A DNA stretch of 64,000 nt from Macrostomum lignano (lineage: Eukaryota). The position numbers were made by a program, and so were the translations under genes. Location: assembly GCA_002269645.1 (NCBI GenBank), contig NIVC01003276.1, forward strand, positions 1 to 64,000, read 5' to 3'. This document shows positions 50,001 through 62,000 of this stretch, piece by piece. Each line of letters starts with the position of its first letter. Within the stretch, counting starts at the first letter, position 1. The notes below the pieces were generated by a model, which did not search any database, was not told the DNA's origin, and was given only the letters and a program-made list of their open reading frames with translations.

Positions 50001-53000
50001 CGGGCTTCTCATATGGTCTGATGTAATTGAAAATACTTTCATATGGTTTCCACCTGAGTCATCACCCATCTGAATCATTCCCCACCTGAATCATTCCCCA
50101 ACCTCAATCATTCCCAACCTGAATCATTCCCAACCTGAATCATTCCCAACCTGAATCGTTCCCCACCTGAATCATTCCCAACCTGAATCATTCCCAACCT
50201 GAATCATTCCCAACCTGAATCATTCCCCACCTGAATCCTTCCCACCCTGAATCATTCCCAGCCTCACCTGGCGTCTGGAAATTGATCCGCCTCAGCTCCA
50301 CCGGGTCTGTCGGTCCCTGATGAAATGCCGCGGAGCTGCTGGCCGAGCGAATAGACAATGTTGGCAGGGTGCCAACGTGACTGGACGACTGCAGAGTGCC
50401 AAACTGCTGTTGCTGCTGTTGCTGCTGCTGCTGTTGTCGCTGCAAGGTGGCGGAGCCAACTACCGACTGCAGTGTTCCTCCAGTGGCCGCAGTAGCGCAG
50501 AAGCTGGTGGAATTCTGTTGTGACGCCGGGATCAGCGGCTGCTTGAGAGACGGCTCGACCAGCACCTGCATTGGCTGCCGGTTGTTTGAGTGGCCGCCAG
50601 ACCCGTTGCGGAAGTTCCGACCCCGCTCTGTGCCTTTCCTGAGGGGAGGGGGAGAGAGGGTACGGAGGCGACAGTGACTTTGGTGATGAGGGAGATGAGA
50701 GAGATGAAGGAGATGAGGGAGATGAAGAAGATGAGGGAGATGAGGGAGATGAGAGAGATGAGGGAGATGAGGGAGATGAGAGAGATGAGGGAGATGAGAG
50801 AGATGAAGGAGATGAGGGAGATGACGGAGATGACGGAGATGACTGAAATGAGAGAGATGAAGGAGATGAAGGAGATGAGGGAGATGAGGGTGATGAGGGA
50901 GATGAGAGAGATGAAGGAGATGAGGGAGATGAGGGAGATGAGGGAGATGAGGAGATGAGGGAGATGAGGGAGATGAGGGAGATGAGGGTGATGAGGGAGA
51001 TGAGGGTGATGAAGGAGATGAGGGAGATGAAGAAGATGAGGGAGATGAGAGAGATGAGGGAGATGAGGGAGATGAGGGAGATGAGAGAAATGAGGGAGAT
51101 GGGGAGATGAAGGAGATGAAGGAGATGAGGGAGATGAGGGAGATGACGGAGATGACGGAAATGAGAGAGATGAAGATGAAGGAGATGAGGGAGATGAGGG
51201 TGATGAGGGAGATGAGGGTGATGAGGGAGATGAGAGAGATGGGAGAGATGAAGAAGATGAGGGAGGTGAGGGAGATGAGAGAGATGAGGGAGATGAGGGA
51301 GATGAGAGAGATGAGGGAGATGAGGGAGATGAGAGAGATGAAGGAGATGAAGGAGATGAGGGAGATGAGAGAGATGAGAGAGATGAAGGAGATGAGGGTG
51401 ATGAGGGAGATGAGGGAGATGACAGAGATGACAGAGATGAAGGAGATGAAGGAGATGAGGGAGATGAAGGAGATGAGGGAGATGAAGGAGATAAGGGAGA
51501 TGATGGAGATAAGAGAGATGAAGGAGATGAGGGTGATGAGGGAGATAAGGGAGATGAGAGAGATGACAGAGATGAAGGAGATGAAGGAGATGAGGGAGAT
51601 GAAGGAGATGAGGGAGATGAAGGAGATAAGGGAGATGAAGGAGATAAGGGAGATGAGGGAGATGAGGGAGATGAGGGAGATGAGGGAGATGAGAGAGATG
51701 AGGGAGATGGGGAGATGAGGGAGATGAGGGAGATGAGAGAGATGAGGGAGATGGGGAGATGAGGGAGATGAGGGAGATGAGAGAGATGAGGGAGATGAGG
51801 GAGATGAGAGAGATGAGGGAGATGGGGAGATGAGGGAGATGAGGGAGATGAGAGAGATGAGGGAGATGGGGAGATGAGGGAGATGAGGGAGATAAATGTA
51901 AGATCAGGAAATCAGCGGGAGATGAGAACAGCAGAGCAAAAGAGAGAGACCTAATGCCAAACGCAGGTCATCCTTCTCAACCATTAAAAAGTTATTTATC
52001 ATTTTAATTTTCATTAGCTACGCTGTGTAAATTTGCTGATCCGAATCGAACTGAATATTCAAAACAGTTGTCAATGCCTTGGGTAGAAAAGTGGGACCAA
52101 AAATTATTCTCAACTTCCTCTCTGGAAAAAGTTTCGTTCTGCTGAGCTTAGCTGCATGTCGAGCGGCAATTTTATGAGCTTAGCGCAGAACGCGGGCGGT
52201 GCAGAGTTTACTGCGGGGGATGGCAACTAAACATGCTGACTCGCTACTACAGACCAGCCGGTGCTTAGCCGAAGATAATTGATGGCTGCTAACCCGCTTT
52301 CGGGAGTAGCAGCCGGCACTTCGGGTGCGGCGGAGAAAGCCGCTTGAAAGAGGAGGGGAGTGAGGAGAGGAGAAAAGAGAAGAGGAGAGGGGTGGAGAGA
52401 AGAGAAGAGAAGAGGAGAGAAGAGGAGAGGAGAGGAGAGAAGAGGAGAGGAGAGGAGAGGAGAGGAGAGGAGAGGAGAGGAGAGGAGAGGAGAGGAGAGG
52501 AGAGGAGAAAAGAGGAGAGAAGAGGAGAGAAGAGAAGAGAGAAGAGAAGAGGAGAGAAGAGGAGAGGAGAGGAGAGGAGAGGAGAGGAGAGGAAAGGAGA
52601 GGAGAGGAGAGAAGAGAAGAGAAGAGAAGAGAAGAGGAGAGAAGAGAAGAGGAGAGAAGAGGAGAGAAGAGGAGAGTAGAGAAGAGGAGAGAAGAGAAGA
52701 GGAGAGAAGAGGAGAGGAAAGAAGAGGAGAGAAGAGGAGAGGAGAGGAGAGGAGACGAAGGGAGGGGAGATGAGACAAGAAAGGAGGAATAGATATGGAC
52801 AAAAGGCACAGCGAGCCAATTTGCAAGCGCACGCCAACAGGCTCATAAAAGTACAGATGCTCAGCCAATTACCTGCCGCAGACAAAGCAGCCCAGCGCAA
52901 TGCAGCCAACGCTGATGCAGACGACAGCCGTCAGGCCCAGAGCTGACGTCACCAGCACGACGATCAGGGTGAAGTAGCCGCTCTCCGCGGTGCCCAAGCT

Positions 53001-56000
53001 TCGGCTTGGCAGTGCAATGTGGGTGCCGAAGGCCTCCGACCAGGGACTGTAGGAGCAGCCGGCGCCCACCAGGCTGCCGACTGGGCCCGAACCGGCCGGG
53101 CTGAGGCAGGCCGCGAGAAATGACTGCAAGAATGATTCAGGTAGGGAATGATTCAGGTGGGGAATGATTCAGATGGGGAATGATTCGGGTGGGGAATGAT
53201 TCAGGTGGGGAATGATTCAGGTGGGAAATGATTCGGGTGGGGAATGATTCAGGTGGGGAATGATTCAGGTGGGAAATGATTCGGGTGGGGAATGATTCAG
53301 GTGGGGAATGATTCAGATGGGGAATGATTCGGGTGGGGAATGATTCAGGTGGGGAATGATTCAGGTGGGAAATGATTCAGGTGGGAAATGATTCAGGTGG
53401 GGAATGATTCAGGTGGGGAATGATTCAGGTGGGAAATGATTCAGGTGGGAAATGATTCAGGTGGGAAATGATTCAGGCAAGGAATGATTCAGGTTGGGGA
53501 ATGATTCGGTGGGAAATGATTCAGATGGGGAATCATAGCAGAAAGATAACACAGATAGGGAAAATGATCCCAACCTTGTAGGAAGCGTCGCTGAGCAGCG
53601 GTTTATTGAGCGCCTGCTGCCTGGAGTCGCAGGTCTCGGTGGGCAGCTTGGTTCCCAGCTGGAACTCGATGTACCCGGCTGACTGAGGCGAGGACAGCTG
53701 GCGGAACCGCTGGGCGGTGAAGCAGGCGGCGATGTACGGCTCCTTGGAGCTGGCGATCCGAGCGTCGACGCTGACGGTCTCCAGGTCGCTGCGCTGGAAC
53801 AGGAGGTCCTGGCTAGTCGCCGACTGGGCTTCCGGGGCCACCACCAGCAGGTACCGCTGTACAACTCCCAGACGGTCGCTGGCTCGCCTCAGCCGCAGAG
53901 TGATGAGCCGGCGATCAACGTCCTTGTCGATGGCGATCGGCGCTTGGAGGCTGCGCGGCGGCGCGCTGGCGGTGGGGCAGGCCACCTCCGCCGAGGCCTC
54001 TCTGTTGGGAAACCTGCGGCACACCGTGAGAGAGAGAAATGACTTGAGACACCCTCGGGACACATGGCAACTGATTGAGTCTCATTGACAGGTGAGTCTT
54101 GAGACACCCTCGGGACACATGGCAACTGATTGAGTCTCACTGACAGGTGAGCTTTGAGACACCCTCGGGACACATGGCAACTGATTGAGTCTCATTGACA
54201 GGTGAGCCTTGAGACATCCTCGGGACACATGGCAACTGATTGAGTCTCATTGACAGGTTAGCCTTGAGACACCCTCGGGACACATGGCAACTGATTGAGT
54301 CTCATTGACAGGTGAGCTTTGAGACACCCTCGGGACACATGGCAACTGATTGAGTCTCATTGACAGGCGAGTCTTGAGACACCCTCGGGACACATGGCAA
54401 CTGATTGAGTCTCATTGACAGGCGAGTCTTGAGACACCCTCGGGACACATGGCAACTGATTGAGTCTCATTGACAGGTGAGCCTTGAGACACCCTCGGGA
54501 CACATGGCAACTGATTGAGTCTCATTGACAGGTGAGTCTTGAGACACCCTCGGGCCAAGGCCGCTGTACATCCTGCATGTGCTGAGGAGTCGGCGGAATG
54601 GGCAGAATTGCCTCTGCGCTGTTTGTTGAAAGATTTCGCGGAAGGCGTTGCGCCAGGGTGGCCTGTGAATATTTATTTTACATTTATTGATGCTCAAAGC
54701 CTCAGCACACCTGGCCGTCAGCCGAATTGTGTACAGCTTGTTGGGGTCCAGCCCCTTCAGCACGTGTTGAAACTCCGCGGGCTGAGCGTCCCAGCTGAGC
54801 GGCACCGGCATGACGGGACTCAAGCGCCTGGACCTCTGCTCCTGGCCGGAGTCGTCGATGAACCTGCCGGTGGCGGTGTAGTTGTACTCGAACGACTCCA
54901 AGCCGGCCGAGTCGTGCGGCCGAAGCCAGCGCAGGCCCAGACTGTCCGGCCGCCGGTCGAAACAGCGAAGCTCGCGCGGCGCCTCCCGGTTGAAGAGGCG
55001 CAGCAGGTGCGGCTCCGACACCGGGCCAACGGGGCTGCCATCTGCGCCGATCCACTGGAAGCGCAGCGTGTACTCGGCGCTGGAGTCCAGGTTCTCTAGA
55101 ATGAACGGCCTGTCAAGGACTCCGCCAGCTTGGAGCTGTTGAAATGCTTCAACTGGAGCGCCGGGGTCCGGGCTGAACAGGATGCGGAGATCGGCGATGG
55201 CGGATTGAGCGGCCGACACCGGCGGCTGCTGCGGCGGCGGCGGCGGCGGCAGCGACCAGTCGATTCGAGCGCGGGTCGGCGACACGCGACTGAGGACGAT
55301 GCCGGCTGGGGGCGACGGCGACTGGGGCGGCGGCTGCTGGCGGGTGCGCACCTGGGTAGGATTTTTATACGGTTTTTAGTTGAGTTAATCGATAAGTGGG
55401 GTGATAAGTGGGGAGGTGAGGGCGGAGAGGTGAGGTGAGAGCGGAGAGGTGAGAGGTAAGAGCGGAGAGGTGAGGTGAGGGCGGAGAGGTGAGGTGAGAG
55501 CGGAGAGGTGAGAGGTAAGAGCGGAGAGGTGAGGTGAGGGCGGAGAGGTGAGGTGAGAGCGGAGAGGTGAGGTGAGAGCGGAGAGGTGAGGTGAGAGCGG
55601 AGAGGTGAGGTGAGAGCGGAGAGGTGAGGTGAGGGCGGAGAGGTGAGGTGAGAGCGGAGAGGTGAGGTGAGAGGTGAGAGCGGAGAGGTGAGAGGTGAGA
55701 GCGGAGAGGTGAGAGGTAAGAGCGGAGAGGTGAGAGGTGAGAGCGGAGAGGTGAGAGGTGAGAGTGGAGAGGTGAGGTGAGAGCGGAGAGGTGAGAGGTA
55801 AGAGTGGAGAGGTGAGGTGAGAGCGGAGAGGTGAGAGGTAAGAGCGGAGAGGTGAGGTGAGAGCGGAGAGGTTTCAATGCAGAGCTAAGGAGCCGAAGTA
55901 AGAACAGCGCAAGCAGGCAGCAGCAGTGATGGACAGCGCTAAGGCGACGGCTGGCTCTCAAGTAGATGAGGCAGATAGCAGCAGGACCCACCCTTGTCCG

Positions 56001-59000
56001 CACAGTTCCCTTATAAATTGGCGTTGGCAAGGTAACCAGCAAGGAGAAGACAGAGAGGTAAACAAAGCAGATTGAAGTAGCCAAACAAGCATTGAGCTAG
56101 CTCGTAGTGTGAGTAGACGAGTGAGTGAGAAGTGAGGTGGAATGCCGGAGTGTGCATCATTATCAGTATCCATGCATCGGATAAGCAGCTAATAGAAGCA
56201 GTGAGATGCTGGGAGCAAATAACACAGCTGGTTGTTAAACAGCTAAGGGGGCCAATTATAATATTAAGAGGCCCATAAGTGCTTTTGCACTCCGGCGCTT
56301 GTGCGAAAGAGTCAATCAACCTACCAATCAATCAATCAACCTACCAATCAAAATCAGTTCACTCACCGGCATGACATCGGACCAGGGCCCCGGTCCCGCC
56401 GAGTTCCAGGCCCGCACCTTGAACAGGTACTCCCTGCTTGGGTTCAGGTGCCGGATGACGGCGCTGGAGTTTTCAACGCTGAAGTTCTTCGAGCCGTAAC
56501 CGTCTATGGCGTTTTTAGGCCAATAGGCGACCTCCGTGTTGGTGATATGCCCGTTCCGACCCGTTAAGATCGGCTTCAAAGCGAAAACTTCCACTGAAGT
56601 GTCCGACTTGGTGTTCACCGAGAATGACTCCGGCTTCATCGATGGGGCTGCTCGGAAATGACGGTGGGTTCGGCTTTCATTGGCAGCTGCGAAGCTTCCA
56701 AGGGAGCGGTTCTTCTCTCACTCCCTTCCCCCGATCCTTCAGTGGGATGTTACCTGCACTCCCCATCATTCAGTGGGATGTCACCTGCACTCCCCCATCC
56801 TTCAGTTGGATGTCACCTACACCCTCATCCTTCAGTGGGATGTCACTTACACCCTCATCCTTCAATGGGATGTCACCTGCACCCCCTTATCCTTCAGTGG
56901 GATGTCATCTACACCCTCATCCTTCAGTGGGATGTCAGCTGCACCCCTCGATCATTCAGTGGGGTGTCACATACACCCTCATCCTTCAGTGGGATGTCAG
57001 CTGCACCCCTCGATCATTCAGTGGGATGTCACATACACCCTCATCCTTCAGTGGGATTCACCTACACCCCATCCTTCAGTGGGATGTCACCTACACCCTC
57101 ATCCTTCAGTGGGATGTCACCTACACCCTCATCCTTCAGTGGGATTCACCTACACCCTCATCCTTCAGTGGGATGTCAGCTGCACCCCCCGATCATTCAG
57201 TGGGATGTCACCTGCACCTACTATCCTTTAGTGGGATTTTACCCGTTACCCTAATCATTCAGTAAGATGATGGAGAACACTGAACCGATTATATAACAAG
57301 CTCATGTCAATCAATCATTCTGGCACTCACGAGCCTCCCTAACGGTGGCCTGACAACTGATGACATCTCCGTAGCCTTCGTTATTCTTAGCGGACAGGCT
57401 GAAGTTGTACACGGCTCCGAACAGCACCTTATTGGGTGGCAGGGTCCACGAGGTTCGGCCGTGGCTTAGCGGCACCTCCGTGTAGGTCCTCGAGCTGACA
57501 AGGTCGGGCGGCCCGACGGCCCGGTAGAGCAGGCGGTATTCCTCGATGCGGGAGCCGCGCAGGGTGTCGGGTGCCAGCCAGTTCAGGTCGATGCTGGCCG
57601 ACCTCAAGCCGGGATCGTAGCGCACCGAGGCTTCGAATCGTTTCGGCGCCGAGGGCACTGAAATGCACGGAGCGTCGGTTCTGCTGCAGTCGAATTCTAT
57701 CGCGTAGATTGGCACCCTGTCTGCTTCTGCCGCAGCGGCTGCATTTGCTGCTAGAAGAAGCAAAGTCAGAACTGCTGCTTTAACCATTATTTCGGCGTTG
57801 GGTAATTTTGAGTTTTGAGTAAAATCTGTTCCACTTTCCTCTCTTTTAGCGAGGAAACATTTTTCTCTGTCGTTCTTCTTCTTCTTCTATTTTTACCCGT
57901 CGGCTTCTCATAAGATTTCTCCTCTCGTCTCCTCTCCTCTCATAGTCTGCTCTCCGCGGCTTGTCCCATTGGTGCTGTAATCCGAGGGTCGCCCCGACTC
58001 CCACTGCATCCGCCGCACACTGCGAGACCCAACCAGCCCTGCCCGCCTTTCCAGCCCAGCCCTCGTCTCTCTCTCTCTCTCATCTCTTACGAAGAGGAGG
58101 AGGCTGGGGAGGCTGGGAGGCTGGGGAGGCCTGGGAGGCTGGCAGGCAGACAGGGAGGCTGAAGCCACCCCGGCGTGACCGTTCCAACCCGTCTGCGCTG
58201 CAATCTATCAGCGTGCTGTGAGGGAGGGGGGGCAGTGGAGATCCACATCGGTAGTAAGCGAACTCCCAAGTAATCCGTTGCTCGAGTCTGTCTCAAAATA
58301 ATGTTATTTTGCACCTGCTTTTGGCCAGCCTATCCGCTTTGCTATTTATTCAATTATTCACCACAAGCTTGCTGTCTGTCTTGAGTGCAACCTTACCTCT
58401 AGCTAATCTAGGCCCATTGCACACCGCTCCCGCACTTTCCCCATGGCTGAACTGGCTTCATGTGTTTTTCCTGAGCATTAATAGGCTCAGGTAATGAGGC
58501 TCAGGACCTCTGATGATGGTGCAGGCTCGTCATCTCCTGCAGATTCTCTCCCTTTTTCTCACTACCTCACCCTCACCCTCTCTCCCTTTCTTTCCCTCTC
58601 TTCCTCCCTCTCCCTCTCTCTCCCTCTCTCCCCCTCTCTCTCTCTCTCCCTGTCTCACTCTCTCCTCTCACTCTCTCACTCTCTAACTCTCATTCTCACT
58701 CTCACTGTCTCACTCTCCCTCTATCACTCTCACTCTCTCTCCCTCTCTCCCTCACCCTCACTCACTCTCTCACTCTCTTTCCTTGTAACACTCTCTCTTC
58801 CTCTCTCTCCCTCACTCTGCCTCTCTCTCCCTCTCTCCCTCTCTCCCTCTCTCCCTCTCTCCCTCTCTCCCTCTCTCCCCCTCTCCCCCTCTCTCCCTCT
58901 CTCTGTCTCACTCTCTCCTCACTCTCTCTCTCTCTCACTCTCTCCTCACTCTCTCTCTCACTCTCTCTCCTCTCTCTTCCTCTCACCCTCACTCTCTCAC

Positions 59001-62000
59001 TCTCTTTCCTTGTAACACTCTCTCTTCCTCTCTCTTCCTCTCTCCCTCACCCTCACTCTCTCACTCTCTCTCTCCTTCACTCTGACTCTCTGACTCTCTC
59101 TCACTCTCTCCATCTCTCTCTCACTCTCTCGTCTCACTTTCTCACTCAATCAGTCACACTCTCTCTTAGTCGCTGTCTTCCCCTTTCCTCGCTCACCCTC
59201 TCCTCTCCCCGTTGTCTCCTTTTTCAGTTTTAGTGAATTCCCTATATTACAAAAGTCTATGGACCCCCGATTTTCCAGTCCAGGTGTCTCCCTGGAGGAT
59301 GCTCCCTTATTTATTTCTTTACCATTTTTCTTGTCCCTTTAAAAACTAATAACACTAATAAAACTAATAACTAACAGTGCTGCATCATTCTAGCCAATAA
59401 TATTATCAGAGGACTTGCTAAACTGGTGCATACGCGGAACTGGAAGCCTTGCTTGTCTGTGAGAGAAAAGCTAAACCCTGGGTTGGTAGAGGCAGTAAAA
59501 GTATGAATATATGGCTAAAAGGCTGCAGCCCCTACCCCCCCCCCCTCTGTCGAGTGCTCGTGTCCAGTTTTTCGAACAAAGAAGCTGCACATTAAGCGCA
59601 GTAGTGTTCAAGTAGAAGTTTGGGAGAATATCCTATATAACTCTCTTCCCCCCTGTTCTGCCAGTTTAAATAACTGCCTGGAATATTAATGAGGCTTATT
59701 ATTATAACTAATGAATTAAAGTTATCAATTCCAGCGCAGAAAGGACCGGGTGTGACCAAGCGTGAACTAGGTATATAATAGATCGGTAGATGGGTGAAAT
59801 TTATTGATTAATTAATTCTCTATGCAAATTCTGCGCACTTGATTGACACCTGCATGGGCTAGATGGGAGCTAATCCCATTATAGATAAGGGTGATAATAT
59901 TTAATATGCTATGCAAGATTATCTAAACGTCTGGAAATTAGGCCCATGAGAAGTAGCCCATGTGAGGTAGACAGTAATGAGAAGTAGTCCATGTGAGGCA
60001 GGCAGTGACGAGAAGTAGCCTATGTGAGGTAGACTGAGATGAGAAGTAGCCCATGTTGAGGTAGGCTGAGATTAGAAGTAGCCCATATGAGGTAGACAGT
60101 GATGAGAAGTAGCCTATGTGAGGTAGACTGAGATGAGAAGTAGCCCATGTTGAGGTAGGCTGAGATTAGAAGTAGCCCATATGAGGTAGACAGTGATGAG
60201 AAGTAGCCTATGTGAGGTAGACTGAGATGAGAAGTAGCCCATGTTGAGGTAGGCTGAGATTAGAAGTAGCCCATATGAGGTAGACAGTGATGAGAAGTAG
60301 CCCATGTGAGGTAGACAGTGATGAGAAGTAGCCTATGTGAGGTAGACTGAGATGAGAAGTAGCCCATGTTGAGGTAGGCTGAGATTAGAAGTAGCCCATA
60401 TGAGGTAGACAGTGATGAGAAGTAGCCCATGTGAGGTAGGCTGAGATTAGAAGTAGCCCATATGAGGTAGACTGAGATGAGAAATAGCAAATGTGAGGTA
60501 GACTGAGATGAGAAGTAGCCCATGTGAGGTAGACAGTGACGAGAAGTAGCCCATGTGAGGTAGGCTGTGTGAGTTAGCCATATTTTCCCCAAAAACATGC
60601 TCAAAATGGACTACAGTACAGCGTCACAGGAATTATTCTCACTGACCCGAAGTTTTTACAGCCTTAACTATACTACAACTGTAGATTAAAGTTCTGTGCA
60701 TCTTCATAAGCCCAGAGGAATTGAAGCCAGCCCAAATCTCTCAGCCAAGGACCCCTGTAACCAGACCCGGCACTAGATTGGAATTGTGCAAGACGGACAC
60801 TTTACTTGTAAGACCTTATAGAGCTAGTAGAAGATGAAGGAAAGAAGGAGCATGATGCAGAATATCATGCAATAGTATCCGGGACTTTGCCTCATGCCCT
60901 GCATAAAGTTAGACATAGAAAAACTGCTGCTAAGGCCATGCCGACGATGAAGGAGGGAAGAAAGCGGATGCGGAGGCTGAGAGGGGAGCAAAAGCCGGCA
61001 ATTGCAAGTGTAGCATAAAGCCAAAATTGAGTAGGGCAGGATCGATGATAGAGAGTAGCTGCTTCCATGAGGCCTCCTAATTCCAGGGGGGGGGGGGCTT
61101 TGTCGGGACATCGGGACATACATTGATTACAGGGTTTTAGTTCTGCCTTGTGTCTGTAAGTCTCAATTCATTTCACTTCTCTAAGCTGGTCGTGCGTCCC
61201 ACGCTGCTTGCACGCATGGACTTCCATAGTTAGCGTCTGGACTGCTGGGAACTGCTGGCCGTTGGCATCCATAAAATGTATCTATGCAGCTTTGGAAAAT
61301 AGGAGTGATATTTGGAAAAGTAGAGGTGAGATTTGGATAAGTCGAAGTAAGATATGGTTAATTAGGGGTGAGATTTAAATAGTAAAGAGATTTGGATAAC
61401 TAGGAGTGAGATTAAGGTAAGTAGGGATAATATTTCAAGAAGTAGAGCCAGGTATGATCTGGATTAAATAGGATGAGAGTTTGCTAAGTAGGAGTAAGAT
61501 TAACAGAAGTAGGGATGAGACTTAGATAAGTAGGGGTGAGAATTGGATAAGCAGGATGAGAGTTGGATAAGTAGGGTGAGATTTGGAGAAGTAGGGGTGA
61601 GATTTGAATAGGTAGGGTGAGATTTGGATAAGTAGGATGAGATTTGGATAAGTAGGGTGAGATTTGGATAAGTAGGGTGATGTTTGGATAAGTAGGATGA
61701 GATTTGGATAATTTGGGGTGAGATTTACATAAATGAATGGGTGAGCTTCAAAGAGAAGGCAAAAAATGAGATTTAAGCCACAAAGGGTTAATAGCTTTGC
61801 GCTTACAAAACAATAAGATACACCTGCAAAGAAAAAACTCAAGGACAAGGTACTCACCAAGTCCCAGGGTGGTCACGGGCTCCCGGATGCTTTCGTAGCT
61901 GCTGACCCCGCCAGCCGGGCCGCTGGAGGCCGCCACTCCGATGTGGTAGGCCGTCTTGGGTTCCAGGCCGCTGATGACGTACCGATAGAAGCCCTGCTCG

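Noticed and set aside
50590-52909. MREMRE and EERRG/SSPLL ORFs
   Set aside because: Low-complexity intronic repeats.
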